This document shows positions 1-9,762 of a stretch of DNA of 39,663 nucleotides, piece after piece. A model generated the notes under the pieces. That model made no database searches. It worked only from the letters and a program-made list of their open reading frames with translations, and was not told where the DNA came from. Source of the stretch: Actinomycetes bacterium (GTDB lineage: Bacteria > Actinomycetota > Acidimicrobiia > Acidimicrobiales > VFJN01); NCBI GenBank assembly GCA_031422255.1, contig JANOQG010000382.1:1-39663 (forward strand). Direction: 5' to 3'. A program made the translations under genes and the position numbers. Within the stretch, counting starts at the first letter, position 1. Each line of letters begins with the position of its first letter.

Positions 1-144
1 GTCGAGCCGTTCGCCGTCACGGACGTCGTCACGGCGGTGCGCGCCCTCGGCCCGTCGGTCAGTGCCCCGGTGATCGACCTGCGCACCGGCATCGCCACCG
101 CCGCCCCTGCGGTCGACGACGCCCCCTGGTTCAGCACCCGCTGA
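1..144 (+). CDS. 3' end of a CDS entering from the left edge (VEPFAVTDVVTAVRAL...PWFSTR*); possibly a degenerate receiver-domain tail
   Basis: Frame 1 is open with GC3-rich codons up to TGA at 142-144; 'EPF..DVVTAVR' loosely resembles the KPF end of receiver domains. Confidence 0.5.
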   Translation, partial: VEPFAVTDVVTAVRALGPSVSAPVIDLRTGIATAAPAVDDAPWFSTR

Positions 145-149
145 CCGCC

Positions 150-209
150 CTCGCTACTACCGACTCGGACACGACTCGCGAGTCCTCGTCGCAGCCTCGT
201 CGGGGCGAG
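150..209. terminator. Nested stem-loop between convergent genes (bidirectional terminator or REP-like element)
   Basis: CTCGC(150)/GCGAG(205), CCGAC(160)/GTCGG(199) and central palindrome GACTCGCGAGTC (173-184). Confidence 0.4.
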
Positions 210-227
210 CACGCGGGGCTGAGGCTG

Positions 228-1121
228 CTAGCTCATCGCCTTGAAGGCGAGCATCATCTCTTCGTTGAGATTGCCCGGGACCTCGTAGCCCTCTTCGCTT
301 CGGATCTTGTCGAAGTTGTCTCGTACGCCTTCGGGGGTGAGCTCCGGATCGAAGTGGCCGGGGGTGACGCCCACGAACACGCGGGCAACACGACCGCCGC
401 CGACGGAGTACACCTCGCCGCTCACGGGGCAGTCCTCATGGGCCAGGTAGGTGACGATCGGGGTGACGAGCTCGGGGGCCAGCTTGTCGGCGGCGGCGCC
501 GAGCAGCTCCTCGGTCATGCGGGTCTTGGCTACGGGGGCGATCGCGTTGGCCTTGATGTTGTTCTTGGCGCCCTCTACCGCGAGGACGCGGGTGAAGCCG
601 ACGAGGCCCATCTTGGCGGCGCCGTAGTTGGTCTGGCCGAAGTTGCCGAAGATGCCGGCGCCTGAGGAGGTGTTGATGATGCGGCCGTAACCCTGGTCGC
701 GCATGATCTGCCAGGCCGGCTGGGTGACGTAGAACGCACCGCGGAGGTGCACATCGAGCACCGGGTTGAGCTGGTCTGGTGTCATGTTCTTGAACGAGGT
801 GTCGCGCAGGATCCCGGCGTTGTTGATGATGATGTCGACCCGACCGAAGGTGTCGACTGCGGTCTGCACGATGCTCGCTCCACCCTCGGGGGTGGCCACG
901 CTGTCGTAGTTGGCGACGGCCTCGCCGCCCACGGCCTTGATCTCGTCGACGACCTTCTGCGCAGCCGTCTCGGAGTGGCCGGTGCCGTCGCTGGAGCCGC
1001 CGAGATCGTTGACCACGATGAGGGCGCCGCGCTTCGCGAGGTCGAGGGCGTGCGACCGGCCCAGACCGCCGCCACCGCCCGTGATGATCGCCACCTTGCC
1101 GTCGAAACCGAGATCAGCCAT
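228..1121 (-). CDS. SDR oxidoreductase, MFE-2/HSD17B4-like (3R)-hydroxyacyl-CoA dehydrogenase type
   Basis: TGGGGGLG NAD motif, VVNDLGG, NNAGILRD, GNFGQTNYGAAK catalytic YxxxK. Confidence 0.93.
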   Translation of the reverse strand: MADLGFDGKVAIITGGGGGLGRSHALDLAKRGALIVVNDLGGSSDGTGHSETAAQKVVDEIKAVGGEAVANYDSVATPEGGASIVQTAVDTFGRVDIIINNAGILRDTSFKNMTPDQLNPVLDVHLRGAFYVTQPAWQIMRDQGYGRIINTSSGAGIFGNFGQTNYGAAKMGLVGFTRVLAVEGAKNNIKANAIAPVAKTRMTEELLGAAADKLAPELVTPIVTYLAHEDCPVSGEVYSVGGGRVARVFVGVTPGHFDPELTPEGVRDNFDKIRSEEGYEVPGNLNEEMMLAFKAMS

Positions 1122-1222
1122 GCCTGCTCCTGCGCGTTCGTGGGGGTTCTTGAAGACCCGGAAGCGTACGCGGGGGCTCCGCGGGTAGCCGAATCAGCCG
1201 ACTGGATCAGCCAGCGACTGGA

Positions 1223-2050
1223 TCAGTCGCGACCCTGGAGCTTGGAGAGGAGGCGCAGCAGCTCGAGGTAGAGCCAGACGATGGTGATGACCAGTCCGAA
1301 GGCGGCGTACCACTCCGTGTGCTTCGGAGCACCGGCGGCGACGCCACGCTCCACGAAGTCGAAGTCGAGCAGCAGGTTGAAGGCCGCAACCGCAACGATC
1401 ACCAGGCTGATGCCGATCCCGAGGGCGCCCGTGTCGTGGAGGAAGGACACCGAGGCCCCGAAGAGGCTGAGCACCATGCTGACGAGGTACATCAGGAAGA
1501 CGGCGCCAGTGGCGGCCACGATCCCCATGCGGAGCTTGTCGGTCACCGTGATGATCCGGGTGGCGAACAGGAAGAGCATGACGGCGAAGACGCCGATGGT
1601 GAGGCCGATCGCCTGGACCACGATGCCGTCGTAGGCGGTGTTGTACAGGCCAGAGATGGCCCCGAGAAAGGCACCCTCGAGGAGGGCGTAGACGGGAGCG
1701 CTGAACCGGGCCAGGTTCGGCTTGAAGATCGTGAGGATCGCTACGCCAAAGGCGCCCAACATGACGGGGAAGATCCAACCCGGAAGCGTCACCGTGGCGG
1801 CGTTCACGTCGACGCTGTTCCAGCCGAACACGCCCGCACCCACCACCAGGATGAGCAGCGCGGCGGTGGCCCAGACGGTGCCGTTCACGGTCATGACGTC
1901 GTGGTCGGCAGTGGGGGGGCGGTAGGAGGGTGCGTTGTACGCGTCCTCGAGCTGTTGTGTTCCGGCGGCCCATCCGGGGCCGTTCTCGGCGAGGCGCTGG
2001 AAGGCCTTGTCGCTCAGGGCGGGGTTTGAGGAAGAACGCGCAATTGCCAT
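1223..2050 (-). CDS. Bax inhibitor-1/YccA family membrane protein
   Basis: About 7 hydrophobic helices, 'LLLDFDFVERGV..GAPK..EWYAAFGL..TIVWLYLELLRLLS' signature, N-terminal SSNP. Confidence 0.92.
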   Translation of the reverse strand: MAIARSSSNPALSDKAFQRLAENGPGWAAGTQQLEDAYNAPSYRPPTADHDVMTVNGTVWATAALLILVVGAGVFGWNSVDVNAATVTLPGWIFPVMLGAFGVAILTIFKPNLARFSAPVYALLEGAFLGAISGLYNTAYDGIVVQAIGLTIGVFAVMLFLFATRIITVTDKLRMGIVAATGAVFLMYLVSMVLSLFGASVSFLHDTGALGIGISLVIVAVAAFNLLLDFDFVERGVAAGAPKHTEWYAAFGLVITIVWLYLELLRLLSKLQGRD

Positions 2051-2113
2051 GGGGGCAGTCTGCCCGCTCGAGGAGGCAATGTGGTGGCGGCTTCAGTGGT
2101 CAGCCCCGCAGAT

Positions 2114-2755
2114 TCAGGAGACAGCGCGCGCCACTCGAGTGGCGATGTGGACGGCGTGGTCGCCCAACCGCTCGTAGAACCGAGCGACGAGGGTTGCGTC
2201 GGCGGCAGCGTTTGCGGTCACCCCTCCCGCCAGCAGCTCCGAGGTCAGCTCCGTGTGGAGGTCGTCGACCTCGTCGTCAGCCGCCTCCAAGCGATCGCCG
2301 GCGGTGGTGTCTCGGTCGACGAAGCCGTCGGCCGCCATCCGCCAGAGCTCGGCGGTGACCGTGCCCATCCGCTCGAGCATGCCGCGTGCCGCGGGTGTGA
2401 GCTGGGCCACCAACCCTGTTCCCGCGCGCTTGGCGATGTGTTCGGCGAGGTCGCCCGATCGCTCGAGCTCGGGGACGATGCGGATGATGGCAAGGGCGTA
2501 TCGGAGATCTCCGGCCACGGGGGATTGGAGGAGCAGAAGTCGCTCGATGTCGCCCTCCACCTCCAGCATGAGTCCGTCGATCGTCTTCTCGCCGGCGCGG
2601 ACCTTGGCGAGGGCATCGGCGTCGTCTCCCAGCAACGCTTCGTTGGCAGCGGCCACCGCCTCTGACACGAGCGCGAACAGGCGCACGACCTTTGAGTTGA
2701 TGTTGTCGAGGTCGCGGTGAAAGCCGACCCGAAGCTCCTGCGGTTGTTCGGTCAT
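2114..2755 (-). CDS. phoU: Phosphate signalling protein PhoU
   Basis: QSPVAGDLR, ELERSGDLAEHIA, DDEVDDL, RFYERLGDHAVHIA repeats. Confidence 0.93.
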   Translation of the reverse strand: MTEQPQELRVGFHRDLDNINSKVVRLFALVSEAVAAANEALLGDDADALAKVRAGEKTIDGLMLEVEGDIERLLLLQSPVAGDLRYALAIIRIVPELERSGDLAEHIAKRAGTGLVAQLTPAARGMLERMGTVTAELWRMAADGFVDRDTTAGDRLEAADDEVDDLHTELTSELLAGGVTANAAADATLVARFYERLGDHAVHIATRVARAVS

Positions 2756-4374
2756 CCCAGCTCAACTCCAACCTGATCAGCAGCCCAGCTCTTCAGGCGC
2801 TTGTAATCAACCTTGCCATTCGGTGCCCGTCCGATCGTATCGATCGAGAGCACGCGCTTCGGTGCCTTGTACGCGGCCAGCTTTCCCTTCACGTGGATGA
2901 CGATGGCGCTCTCGTCGAAGTCGGCGCCGGGAAGGAGCTCCACGACGGCGGTGATCGCCTCCCCGAACTTTTCGTCCGGGATCCCTACCGCCACGGCATC
3001 GGCCACCGACTCGTGCGTCTTCAGGACCTCCTCCACCTCCTCCGGGTACACCTTCTCGCCCCCGGTGTTGATGCACACCGAGCCCCGACCGAGGAGGGTG
3101 AGGGAGCCGTCGGCCTCGACCGTGGCGTAGTCACCCGGCACGGAGTATCGCTTCCCTTCGAACTGGATGAAGGTGGCCGCCGACTTGGCTTCGTCCTTGT
3201 AGTACCCGATCGGTTGGAAGCCGCCGACTGCCACGCGGCCAGTTTCACCGGACCCGGGCTCGACCGATCGGCCGTCGTCGGTGATGACCTTGGTGTGCTC
3301 GCCCACGGTGAACTTGGCGGTGACGCTCGCGCCCGCTGCTGTGCTGACGGACTGGCCCATGCCCACCGCTTCAGACGATGAGAACGCGTCGATGATCATC
3401 ATTGCGGGCTGATGGCCGAGGAGCCCCTGCTTGGCTCCCTCGCTGAACATCACGCCGGAGCTGGACACGATCACGAGACTGGAGATGTCCCATCGATCGG
3501 GGTTGGCGTCGAGTGACCTCACCATCGGCTTGGCAAAGGCGTCGCCGACGATGGCGATCGTGTTCACGCCCTCGCGCTCGACCGTGTCAAAGAGCTCCTC
3601 GATGTCCAGGTTGCGCGCTTGGAGCGTGACGGTGCAGCCCCCGCCGGAGAGCACGATCAGCTGGGTGAAGCACCCCGTGCCGTGCATGAGCGGGCAGGCC
3701 GGGAGCCCGACCAGCCCTGGTCCCCGCACCTGATCCCGGATGACCTGCGCATCGGGTTCGGCGTCCTTGACCGCGGGCATGAAGGATCCGACCAGCGTGC
3801 GGAAGAGGTCGTCCTGGCGCCACATGACGCCCTTGGGCATGCCGGTGGTGCCGCCGGTGTAGAGGAGGAGGAGGTGGTCGCCGTCGCGCCCCCATGGCCC
3901 AGATACGGCCTCAGCTGTGCCGGCGTCGGCGGCTGCTTCATAGGGCGTGGCCCATGCCGGGCAGGGGCCGGAGTTGTCATCCACCCAGAGCCAGAGCCGG
4001 ACCAGCGGGACACGGTCGCGGATGCCCTCGATGCGGTCGGTGAAGCTGCCGTGGAACACGACGGCTACGACGTCGCCGTTCTCCCAGAGGTAGACCAGCT
4101 CGTCGTCGAGGTAGCGGTAGTTCGTGTTGATGGGCGCGAGGCCCGCCTTGAACGCGCCAAACACCGACTCGAGGTACTCGACGCCGTTGTAGAGGTACTG
4201 GGCGACCTTGTCCTGTTCCTCAACTCCGGCCGCGAGGAGGGCGCTCGCAACGCCGTTGGCCCGCCGGTCGAACTCGGACCACGTGATCCGACGGTCGCCG
4301 TGCACCTGGGCGAGTGCATCGGGCACCTGCTCGGCCACGATTTCCCAGACGTCGGCGAAGTTCCAGCCCGGCAT
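2752..4374 (-). CDS. Acyl-CoA synthetase (AMP-forming, FadD19-like)
   Basis: YTGGTTGMPKGVMW AMP-binding motif, PLMHG, GRGSVCINTGGEKVYPEEVE, terminal GKVDY. Confidence 0.93.
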   Translation of the reverse strand: MPGWNFADVWEIVAEQVPDALAQVHGDRRITWSEFDRRANGVASALLAAGVEEQDKVAQYLYNGVEYLESVFGAFKAGLAPINTNYRYLDDELVYLWENGDVVAVVFHGSFTDRIEGIRDRVPLVRLWLWVDDNSGPCPAWATPYEAAADAGTAEAVSGPWGRDGDHLLLLYTGGTTGMPKGVMWRQDDLFRTLVGSFMPAVKDAEPDAQVIRDQVRGPGLVGLPACPLMHGTGCFTQLIVLSGGGCTVTLQARNLDIEELFDTVEREGVNTIAIVGDAFAKPMVRSLDANPDRWDISSLVIVSSSGVMFSEGAKQGLLGHQPAMMIIDAFSSSEAVGMGQSVSTAAGASVTAKFTVGEHTKVITDDGRSVEPGSGETGRVAVGGFQPIGYYKDEAKSAATFIQFEGKRYSVPGDYATVEADGSLTLLGRGSVCINTGGEKVYPEEVEEVLKTHESVADAVAVGIPDEKFGEAITAVVELLPGADFDESAIVIHVKGKLAAYKAPKRVLSIDTIGRAPNGKVDYKRLKSWAADQVGVELG

Positions 4375-4465
4375 AGCTCCCCCTCGTATCGGTGTGAACG
4401 ACCGGCGACCCTACCGCGGTGGTCGTTCTGGATCCCTCAGTCCGAGCGACGGCTACGTTGCGACG

Positions 4466-5620
4466 ATGGACTTCGAGCTGCCGCCCGACGACGATCCCCG
4501 TCGCCTCGAGGTGCGTGCGTGGCTCGACGCTCACCCGTCGCCGAGCGCACGGCAGCTCGCCGAGGCGGGATACGTCGCTCCACACTGGCCGAGGCCCTGG
4601 GGTCTCGATGCCGACCCGATCCACCAGATCGTCATTGATGATGAGCTCGCTGCGGCGGGCGTGCGCCGCCCGAGCAACATGATCGGCATCGGCTGGGCCG
4701 GACCCACCATCCTCCACGGGGGCACGCAAGAGCAGAAGGACCGCTATCTCCTCCCGCTGCTCGCCGGCGAGGAGATCTGGTGTCAGCTGTTCAGCGAGCC
4801 CGGGTCGGGGTCAGACCTCGCCTCGCTCTCCACGAGAGCCGTGCGCGACGGCGACGAATGGGTCATCACCGGCCAGAAGATCTGGACCTCCCTCGCGCAG
4901 TTCTCCGCCTTCGGCATCCTCATCGCTCGCACGGAACCCGACGCCCCCAAGCATGAGGGCATCTCGTACTTCATCTGCCCGATGGATGCCCCGGGTGTGG
5001 AGATCCGACCCATCATCGAGATGACCGGGTCGCACACCTTCAACGAGGTGTTCCTCGACGAGGTTCGCCTGCCCGCCGCCAACCTGGTCGGCGATGTGAA
5101 CCGCGGGTGGGGCCTGGCGAAGGTCACCCTTGGCAACGAGCGCGTCTCGCTGTCTTCGGGCGGCGCGCTGTGGGGGATGGGGCCAACTGCTGAGGACCTG
5201 CTCGACCTCGTGCGCACAGCCGGGGGCACCAACGACCCCGTGCTGCGCCAACGTCTGGCGGCGCTGCACATCGAGCACCAGCTCCTGCGGCTCATCCGTC
5301 TGCGCACGGTCACCGCCCGCATCAAGGGCGAGCCCCCGGGTGCCGAGGCGTCGGTGCGCAAGATCATGGCGGACGAGCACGGCCAATCGATCATGGGTCT
5401 GGCGAAGGATCTCACCGGACCGGGCGGAATGCTGACGGACGCGGGGCCGCTAGGCGCCGACGCGGGCATGTGGCACTACGGCTTCCTCTTCTCGGCCGCG
5501 CTCACCGTGGGCGGCGGCACCGGCGAAGTGCAGCGCAACATCGTCGCCGAGCGGGTGCTGGGCCTACCGCACGACTCCGACGTCGAACAGGGCCAGACCT
5601 GGGCCGAGTCTCGTCGGTAG
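4466..5620 (+). CDS. Acyl-CoA dehydrogenase (FadE family)
   Basis: WCQLFSEPGSGSDLA, GQKIWTS, FNEVF, GGGTGEVQRNIVAERVLGLP; start moved to ATG 4466 (MDFELP), with TACGTT 6 nt upstream. Confidence 0.93.
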   Translation: MDFELPPDDDPRRLEVRAWLDAHPSPSARQLAEAGYVAPHWPRPWGLDADPIHQIVIDDELAAAGVRRPSNMIGIGWAGPTILHGGTQEQKDRYLLPLLAGEEIWCQLFSEPGSGSDLASLSTRAVRDGDEWVITGQKIWTSLAQFSAFGILIARTEPDAPKHEGISYFICPMDAPGVEIRPIIEMTGSHTFNEVFLDEVRLPAANLVGDVNRGWGLAKVTLGNERVSLSSGGALWGMGPTAEDLLDLVRTAGGTNDPVLRQRLAALHIEHQLLRLIRLRTVTARIKGEPPGAEASVRKIMADEHGQSIMGLAKDLTGPGGMLTDAGPLGADAGMWHYGFLFSAALTVGGGTGEVQRNIVAERVLGLPHDSDVEQGQTWAESRR

Positions 5621-5646
5621 CGTCCGGGCAGTGGCGGGCCTGCGCA

Positions 5647-6057
5647 TCACGCCGTAGCGAAGCAGACCTCGAGCTCCATGCCGTCGGGGTCCCGGAAGAA
5701 CACGGACCAGTCATCGCCGAGCTGTTGCACCTCGCCGACCTCCTGCGCTCCTGCGTCCAGGAGCCGCGTGCGCATCGTGTGCAACGTGGCCAGGGAGTCG
5801 ACCGCGAGACCGAAGTGGTCGACCGCACCCCGGCCGCCCTGTCGACGGCGATCACCGATGAGGTCCTCGACAGGTACCTCGAAGACGTTCAGGGCCGCAC
5901 CGCCACCGAGGTCGAGGATCTTCATCCATGGGTGATCCGCCCGCTTGGCCACCTCGAGGGTGACCACAGCGTCGAACGCCTGCTCGTAGAAGGTGACTGT
6001 GCGATCCATGTCACTGGTGAGGGTGGCGACGTGGTTGAAACCCGTGGTGACCGGCAT
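5647..6057 (-). CDS. VOC/glyoxalase family protein
   Basis: GFNHVA, VDHFGLAV, SVFFRDPDGMELE. Confidence 0.9.
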   Translation of the reverse strand: MPVTTGFNHVATLTSDMDRTVTFYEQAFDAVVTLEVAKRADHPWMKILDLGGGAALNVFEVPVEDLIGDRRRQGGRGAVDHFGLAVDSLATLHTMRTRLLDAGAQEVGEVQQLGDDWSVFFRDPDGMELEVCFATA

Positions 6058-6166
6058 GCACCGATGCTCTCACCGCGCCTGGCCCAGATCCACCAGGTAG
6101 TCCCGGCGAGGGGCGACCGGCCATGGAGTTGCTGCGGCCTTCTCGGCACGTGCCAGGCTGTCGGCC

Positions 6167-6535
6167 ATGACGGCCGTTCTCACCCCAGTCGACCTGAAGC
6201 GCCACGAGAAGGTGCGTGCATGGGTCGACCTGCCCAGCGTGCCGATCGGGACGCGCGGCAAGGTGCTGGTGGTGTCCGGCGTGACTTGGATTCGCTACCG
6301 CGTTCTGTTCGAAAACGGTGTCGAGCAGGGGTTGCTCGACGGCCGCCACATCGTGCACGCCAAGGGCTTCGTGCCGCTCGACCAGCGGGTCGAGGTAGCG
6401 GCCGTCGAGGTTGCGGCCGACAGCGGAGCGGCCGACGGTGCCGCCGCGACCGGGGCTGACGACAACGTCTTTGGCGTACCCGGACACTTGCTCGAGCGGG
6501 CCACCAAGGCTCGTGCCCGCCTCAGCGGCGGTTGA
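6167..6535 (+). CDS. Hypothetical protein with a small beta-rich (SH3-like) N-terminal domain
   Basis: Good codon usage; KVRAWVDLPSVPIGTRGKV...RYRVLFENG; ends 25 nt before the LLM gene. Confidence 0.75.
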   Translation: MTAVLTPVDLKRHEKVRAWVDLPSVPIGTRGKVLVVSGVTWIRYRVLFENGVEQGLLDGRHIVHAKGFVPLDQRVEVAAVEVAADSGAADGAAATGADDNVFGVPGHLLERATKARARLSGG

Positions 6536-6560
6536 CCGAACCACAACCAAGGGGAATGCG

Positions 6561-7598
6561 ATGAAGCTGTCCACGCAGCTCAACTACGCCGGCGGCTTCA
6601 AGGCGGCCACCGATCAGGTTGTCGAGCTCGAGAAGGCTGGCCTCGACATGGTGTGGGTCGCCGAGGCCTACAGCTTCGATGCTGTCAGCAGCATGGGCTA
6701 CCTGGCTGCCAAGACCTCCACGGTCGAGATCGCCGCCGGGATCCTGCCGATCTACACGCGCACACCGACGCTGATCGCGATGACTGCGGCTGGCATCGAT
6801 GCGCTGTCCGACGGCCGCTGCATCCTGGGCCTCGGCGCGTCCGGTCCGCAGGTCATCGAGGGCTTTCATGGCGTGGTGTACGACAAGCCGCTCGGGCGCA
6901 CCCGGGAGATCATCGACGTGTGCCGTCAGGTCTGGCGCCGCGAGAAGGTGGAGCATTCCGGCGCGAGCTACCAGATCCCCGTGCCCGAGGGGAAGGGGAG
7001 CGGCCTCGGCAAGCCGCTCAAGCTGATCAACCATCCCGTCCGCTCCGAGATCCCCATCTATGTCGCGTCGCTCGGGCCCAAGAACGTGGAGATGACCGCG
7101 GAGAAGGCGGACGGCTGGCTCCCGCTCTTCTACCTGCCCGAAAAGGCGAAGGACGTGTGGGGCGCCGACCTTGCGGCTGGAGCAGCCAAGCGCGACGCCG
7201 GACTCGGCCCGATGGAGGTGGTGGCCGGTGGCCTCCTCTCGGTTGGCGACGGCGCCGAAGCGGTGCGCGAGTTCTCCCGCCCGATGACAGCGCTCTACGT
7301 AGGCGGCATGGGAGCCAAGGGCAAGAACTTCTACAACGACCTGGTGTGCCGCTACGGCTTCGAGGCCGAGGCCGAGGCGATCCAGGACCTCTATCTCGAC
7401 GGCAAGAAGGACGAAGCCGCCAAGATGGTGCCCGACGAGCTGCTCGAAGCCACGACGTTGTGCGGGAGCGAGGGCTACGTGAAGGAGCGCCTCGCCGCGT
7501 ACAAGGAGAGCGGCGTCACCGTGCTCAACATCACGCCGATCGGCCCCGACCCGGTGAAGCTCATCGAGCAGGTCAAGGGCTGGATCCAGGACCTGTAG
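6561..7598 (+). CDS. LLM class F420-dependent oxidoreductase
   Basis: WVAEAYSFDA, RTPTLIAMTA, LGLGASGPQVIEGFHG, LYVGGMGAKGKNFYN; AAGGGG RBS before ATG 6561. Confidence 0.93.
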   Translation: MKLSTQLNYAGGFKAATDQVVELEKAGLDMVWVAEAYSFDAVSSMGYLAAKTSTVEIAAGILPIYTRTPTLIAMTAAGIDALSDGRCILGLGASGPQVIEGFHGVVYDKPLGRTREIIDVCRQVWRREKVEHSGASYQIPVPEGKGSGLGKPLKLINHPVRSEIPIYVASLGPKNVEMTAEKADGWLPLFYLPEKAKDVWGADLAAGAAKRDAGLGPMEVVAGGLLSVGDGAEAVREFSRPMTALYVGGMGAKGKNFYNDLVCRYGFEAEAEAIQDLYLDGKKDEAAKMVPDELLEATTLCGSEGYVKERLAAYKESGVTVLNITPIGPDPVKLIEQVKGWIQDL

Positions 7599-7700
7599 GC
7601 CGGCCTTCGCGAAGCTTCGGCGAGCGGCCGCGTTGCCAGTCTGGGCCGCCGTCCGCGTTCACCCACTTGCATCCCTGGCTGCCGTCATGGCTGTACGACA

Positions 7701-8162
7701 TCAGTGGTCGTGTCGGAAGCGTCGTTCGACTTCCTCTTGGAACAGGCGCTGTTGAGCCTTCGCGTTCGACTGCATGAACCGAGCGAAGACACGCCCGATG
7801 AGGGCGCCGAGCGGGCCGGACGAGCGGAACTCCATCGCCCAGGTGTATGTGCACGCCTCGTCATCCGGCGCAAACGAGTGGGTCGCGACTGCGCGCACGG
7901 GCCAGGACGGTTTCACGTTCTCCATGACCATCCGGCGTCCCGGTTCCCATTCCCGCACGACCGAGGTCACACGCATGGGAAGTCCCCACATCCTGAAGCG
8001 GATCAAGTTGCGAGTGCCTTGACGCATCGGCAGGGAATCCGGGGTGTACTCACGGACTGCAGGATCGATCACGTGGGCGGTGGAAGGGTCGGCAAGGAAT
8101 GCGAACGCGTATTCGGCCGGCACGTTGAGTCGCGTGCTCTCCGAGAACCCGGGTTGTGGCAC
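7701..8162 (-). CDS. SRPBCC/polyketide cyclase-like protein
   Basis: 'VPAEYAFAFLADP', 'VREWEPGRR', C-terminal amphipathic helix; TAGCGT 6 nt before GTG. Confidence 0.8.
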   Translation of the reverse strand: MPQPGFSESTRLNVPAEYAFAFLADPSTAHVIDPAVREYTPDSLPMRQGTRNLIRFRMWGLPMRVTSVVREWEPGRRMVMENVKPSWPVRAVATHSFAPDDEACTYTWAMEFRSSGPLGALIGRVFARFMQSNAKAQQRLFQEEVERRFRHDH

Positions 8163-8253
8163 CCCGCGACGCTAACGCCCACCGAGAGCTCGCGCTCGTG
8201 CAGGCACGGTGGGCACCCCTTGGTGGAGTGCATCGAGCGTGCGTGCTCCAGCC

Positions 8254-9111
8254 CTACCAGGCGACATCATCGAGCGTTGGCCACGGCGGACCGTCCCGCA
8301 GCGCGTTGAGGAACGCCAATCCTGACTGCCGGCCGCTCGGGTGTTGGTCGTCGCGACTCCAGCGGTGCGTTGCGACGATGGCCAGGACGACGCCCCGGCA
8401 CGCAGCGACCAGATCTTGGTCTGCGTTCGGGTAGCGCTCGCTGACCACGTTCGGCACCCAAGCAAGGTCGTACTCGACAGGCCCATGGGCGGTGTTCTCG
8501 AAGTCGATGAAGAGCGGCCCGTTCTCCGTGTCGAGCACGTTCCACGGGTGCGGCTCGCCGTGCAGGAGCTGTTCCGGGGCTCGCCGGTTGACGATCGACC
8601 GCGTGAGCTCACGCAGCGTGTGGGCGAGAAGCGCCCGGTCCGCATCCGCGAGATCGGGAGTGATGGCACGGCTCGCCGCGGCTCGTTGAATGGCCGCGAC
8701 GCGATCCATGACGTGCGGCGTCGTGACGTCGATCTGCCGCAGGCCGGCATGAAGTCGCTCAAGCACCTGGGCGTATTCGGTCGACGGAACGATTCGATAC
8801 GGCGCAGGTTCGAAATATGTCCACATGGAGAGTTGGAAGCCGTCACGCACGAAGACGCGTGGCTCGACCCGAGCCTCGAGCGCAGCGACCGGACTGTCCG
8901 TCTGTGCCAGGTGTCGCACGACTTCAACTTCTCGCTCTGCGCTCGCGAAATGTGTCATCGGCGTGACCCGAGCGATGACGTCGCATGGCGTCAGGCGGAC
9001 GACAACCCGGTTGGAGTCGCTCAGAACGACGGCGTCATCGACAGCCAAGTCGAGCGATGCGGCGGTCGAAATGGCTGCAGCCACCGCGTGCCGTGCCTCC
9101 GCCGATTGCAA
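8254..9111 (-). CDS. Aminoglycoside phosphotransferase-like kinase
   Basis: LLHGEPHPWNV (HGDxxxxN variant), FIDFE, GPVEYDLA. Confidence 0.85.
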   Translation of the reverse strand: MQSAEARHAVAAAISTAASLDLAVDDAVVLSDSNRVVVRLTPCDVIARVTPMTHFASAEREVEVVRHLAQTDSPVAALEARVEPRVFVRDGFQLSMWTYFEPAPYRIVPSTEYAQVLERLHAGLRQIDVTTPHVMDRVAAIQRAAASRAITPDLADADRALLAHTLRELTRSIVNRRAPEQLLHGEPHPWNVLDTENGPLFIDFENTAHGPVEYDLAWVPNVVSERYPNADQDLVAACRGVVLAIVATHRWSRDDQHPSGRQSGLAFLNALRDGPPWPTLDDVAW

Positions 9112-9234
9112 TTCCTGTGTCCTCCCGGCCTACGCAGCAGCAGTGCCCCATGCGCTGCCTGGGTACAGCCCTGCACGATACGAGGTTGGTGCCCGCTGTC
9201 CTTGTCGGCGGGGTTTCGCCGGGCCGGAGCGTTC

Positions 9235-9753
9235 TCAGGCGCCGAAGTAGTCCACGTAGAGCTCGCGGGGCCACTTGCGCGCCGCCTCGACGCCATCGGT
9301 CTCCACCAGGTCGGCCTTCACCCGCGCGTGTTCGTAGCAGTTGAGCTCGTACCGGTTCCCCCATGGATCGGCGAACTCGAACGCGAAGCACAGATCGAAG
9401 TCGATGACGTCGCTGGCACGAAGGGGCTGGCCATCCGGAGCGTTGATCTCACACGGAAGTGAGCGCGCGAACGCCATGAAGCTGTCGGCGTCTGTGCTGA
9501 AGGCGACGCCCGTTCGTTGCGGAACCATCGGTGCGCCCTCGCTGGCCTCGAACAGCGCCAGCGTTGTCTGACCGCCGTCGGCTGAGATCTGGAGGGGACC
9601 ACCTTCGATCCCGTCCGCCCAGAACCGGTACGCCTCGACGGGCTCGAAGCCGAGGTGTTCCGCGTACCACGCGGCTGCCTCGGCCCGATCGGGCACTCGG
9701 ATGTGCACGTGGTCGAGTTGGCCCATGCGGAAACCTGCTGCGCGTGCTGCCAT
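9235..9753 (-). CDS. VOC/glyoxalase family protein
   Basis: LDHVHIRV...WYAEHLGF, FADPWGNRYEL; start may be the ATG at 9726 (MGQLDH). Confidence 0.85.
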   Translation of the reverse strand: MAARAAGFRMGQLDHVHIRVPDRAEAAAWYAEHLGFEPVEAYRFWADGIEGGPLQISADGGQTTLALFEASEGAPMVPQRTGVAFSTDADSFMAFARSLPCEINAPDGQPLRASDVIDFDLCFAFEFADPWGNRYELNCYEHARVKADLVETDGVEAARKWPRELYVDYFGA

Positions 9754-9762
9754 GGGCCGACA

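Noticed and set aside
1199-1230. 12-bp direct repeat CGACTGGATCAG and a small hairpin at the yccA stop
   Set aside because: Only two copies; probably a local duplication or weak terminator
8163-8253. Possible integron attC site (minus-strand GTTAGCG after a hairpin)
   Set aside because: No matching RYYYAAC, not repeated in other spacers, no integrase; TAGCGT is better explained as a -10 box
8254-9111. APH-like gene (and the vanW-family gene at 14097-15893) as antibiotic resistance determinants
   Set aside because: Both families are widespread with unknown substrates; no van cluster or mobile context here
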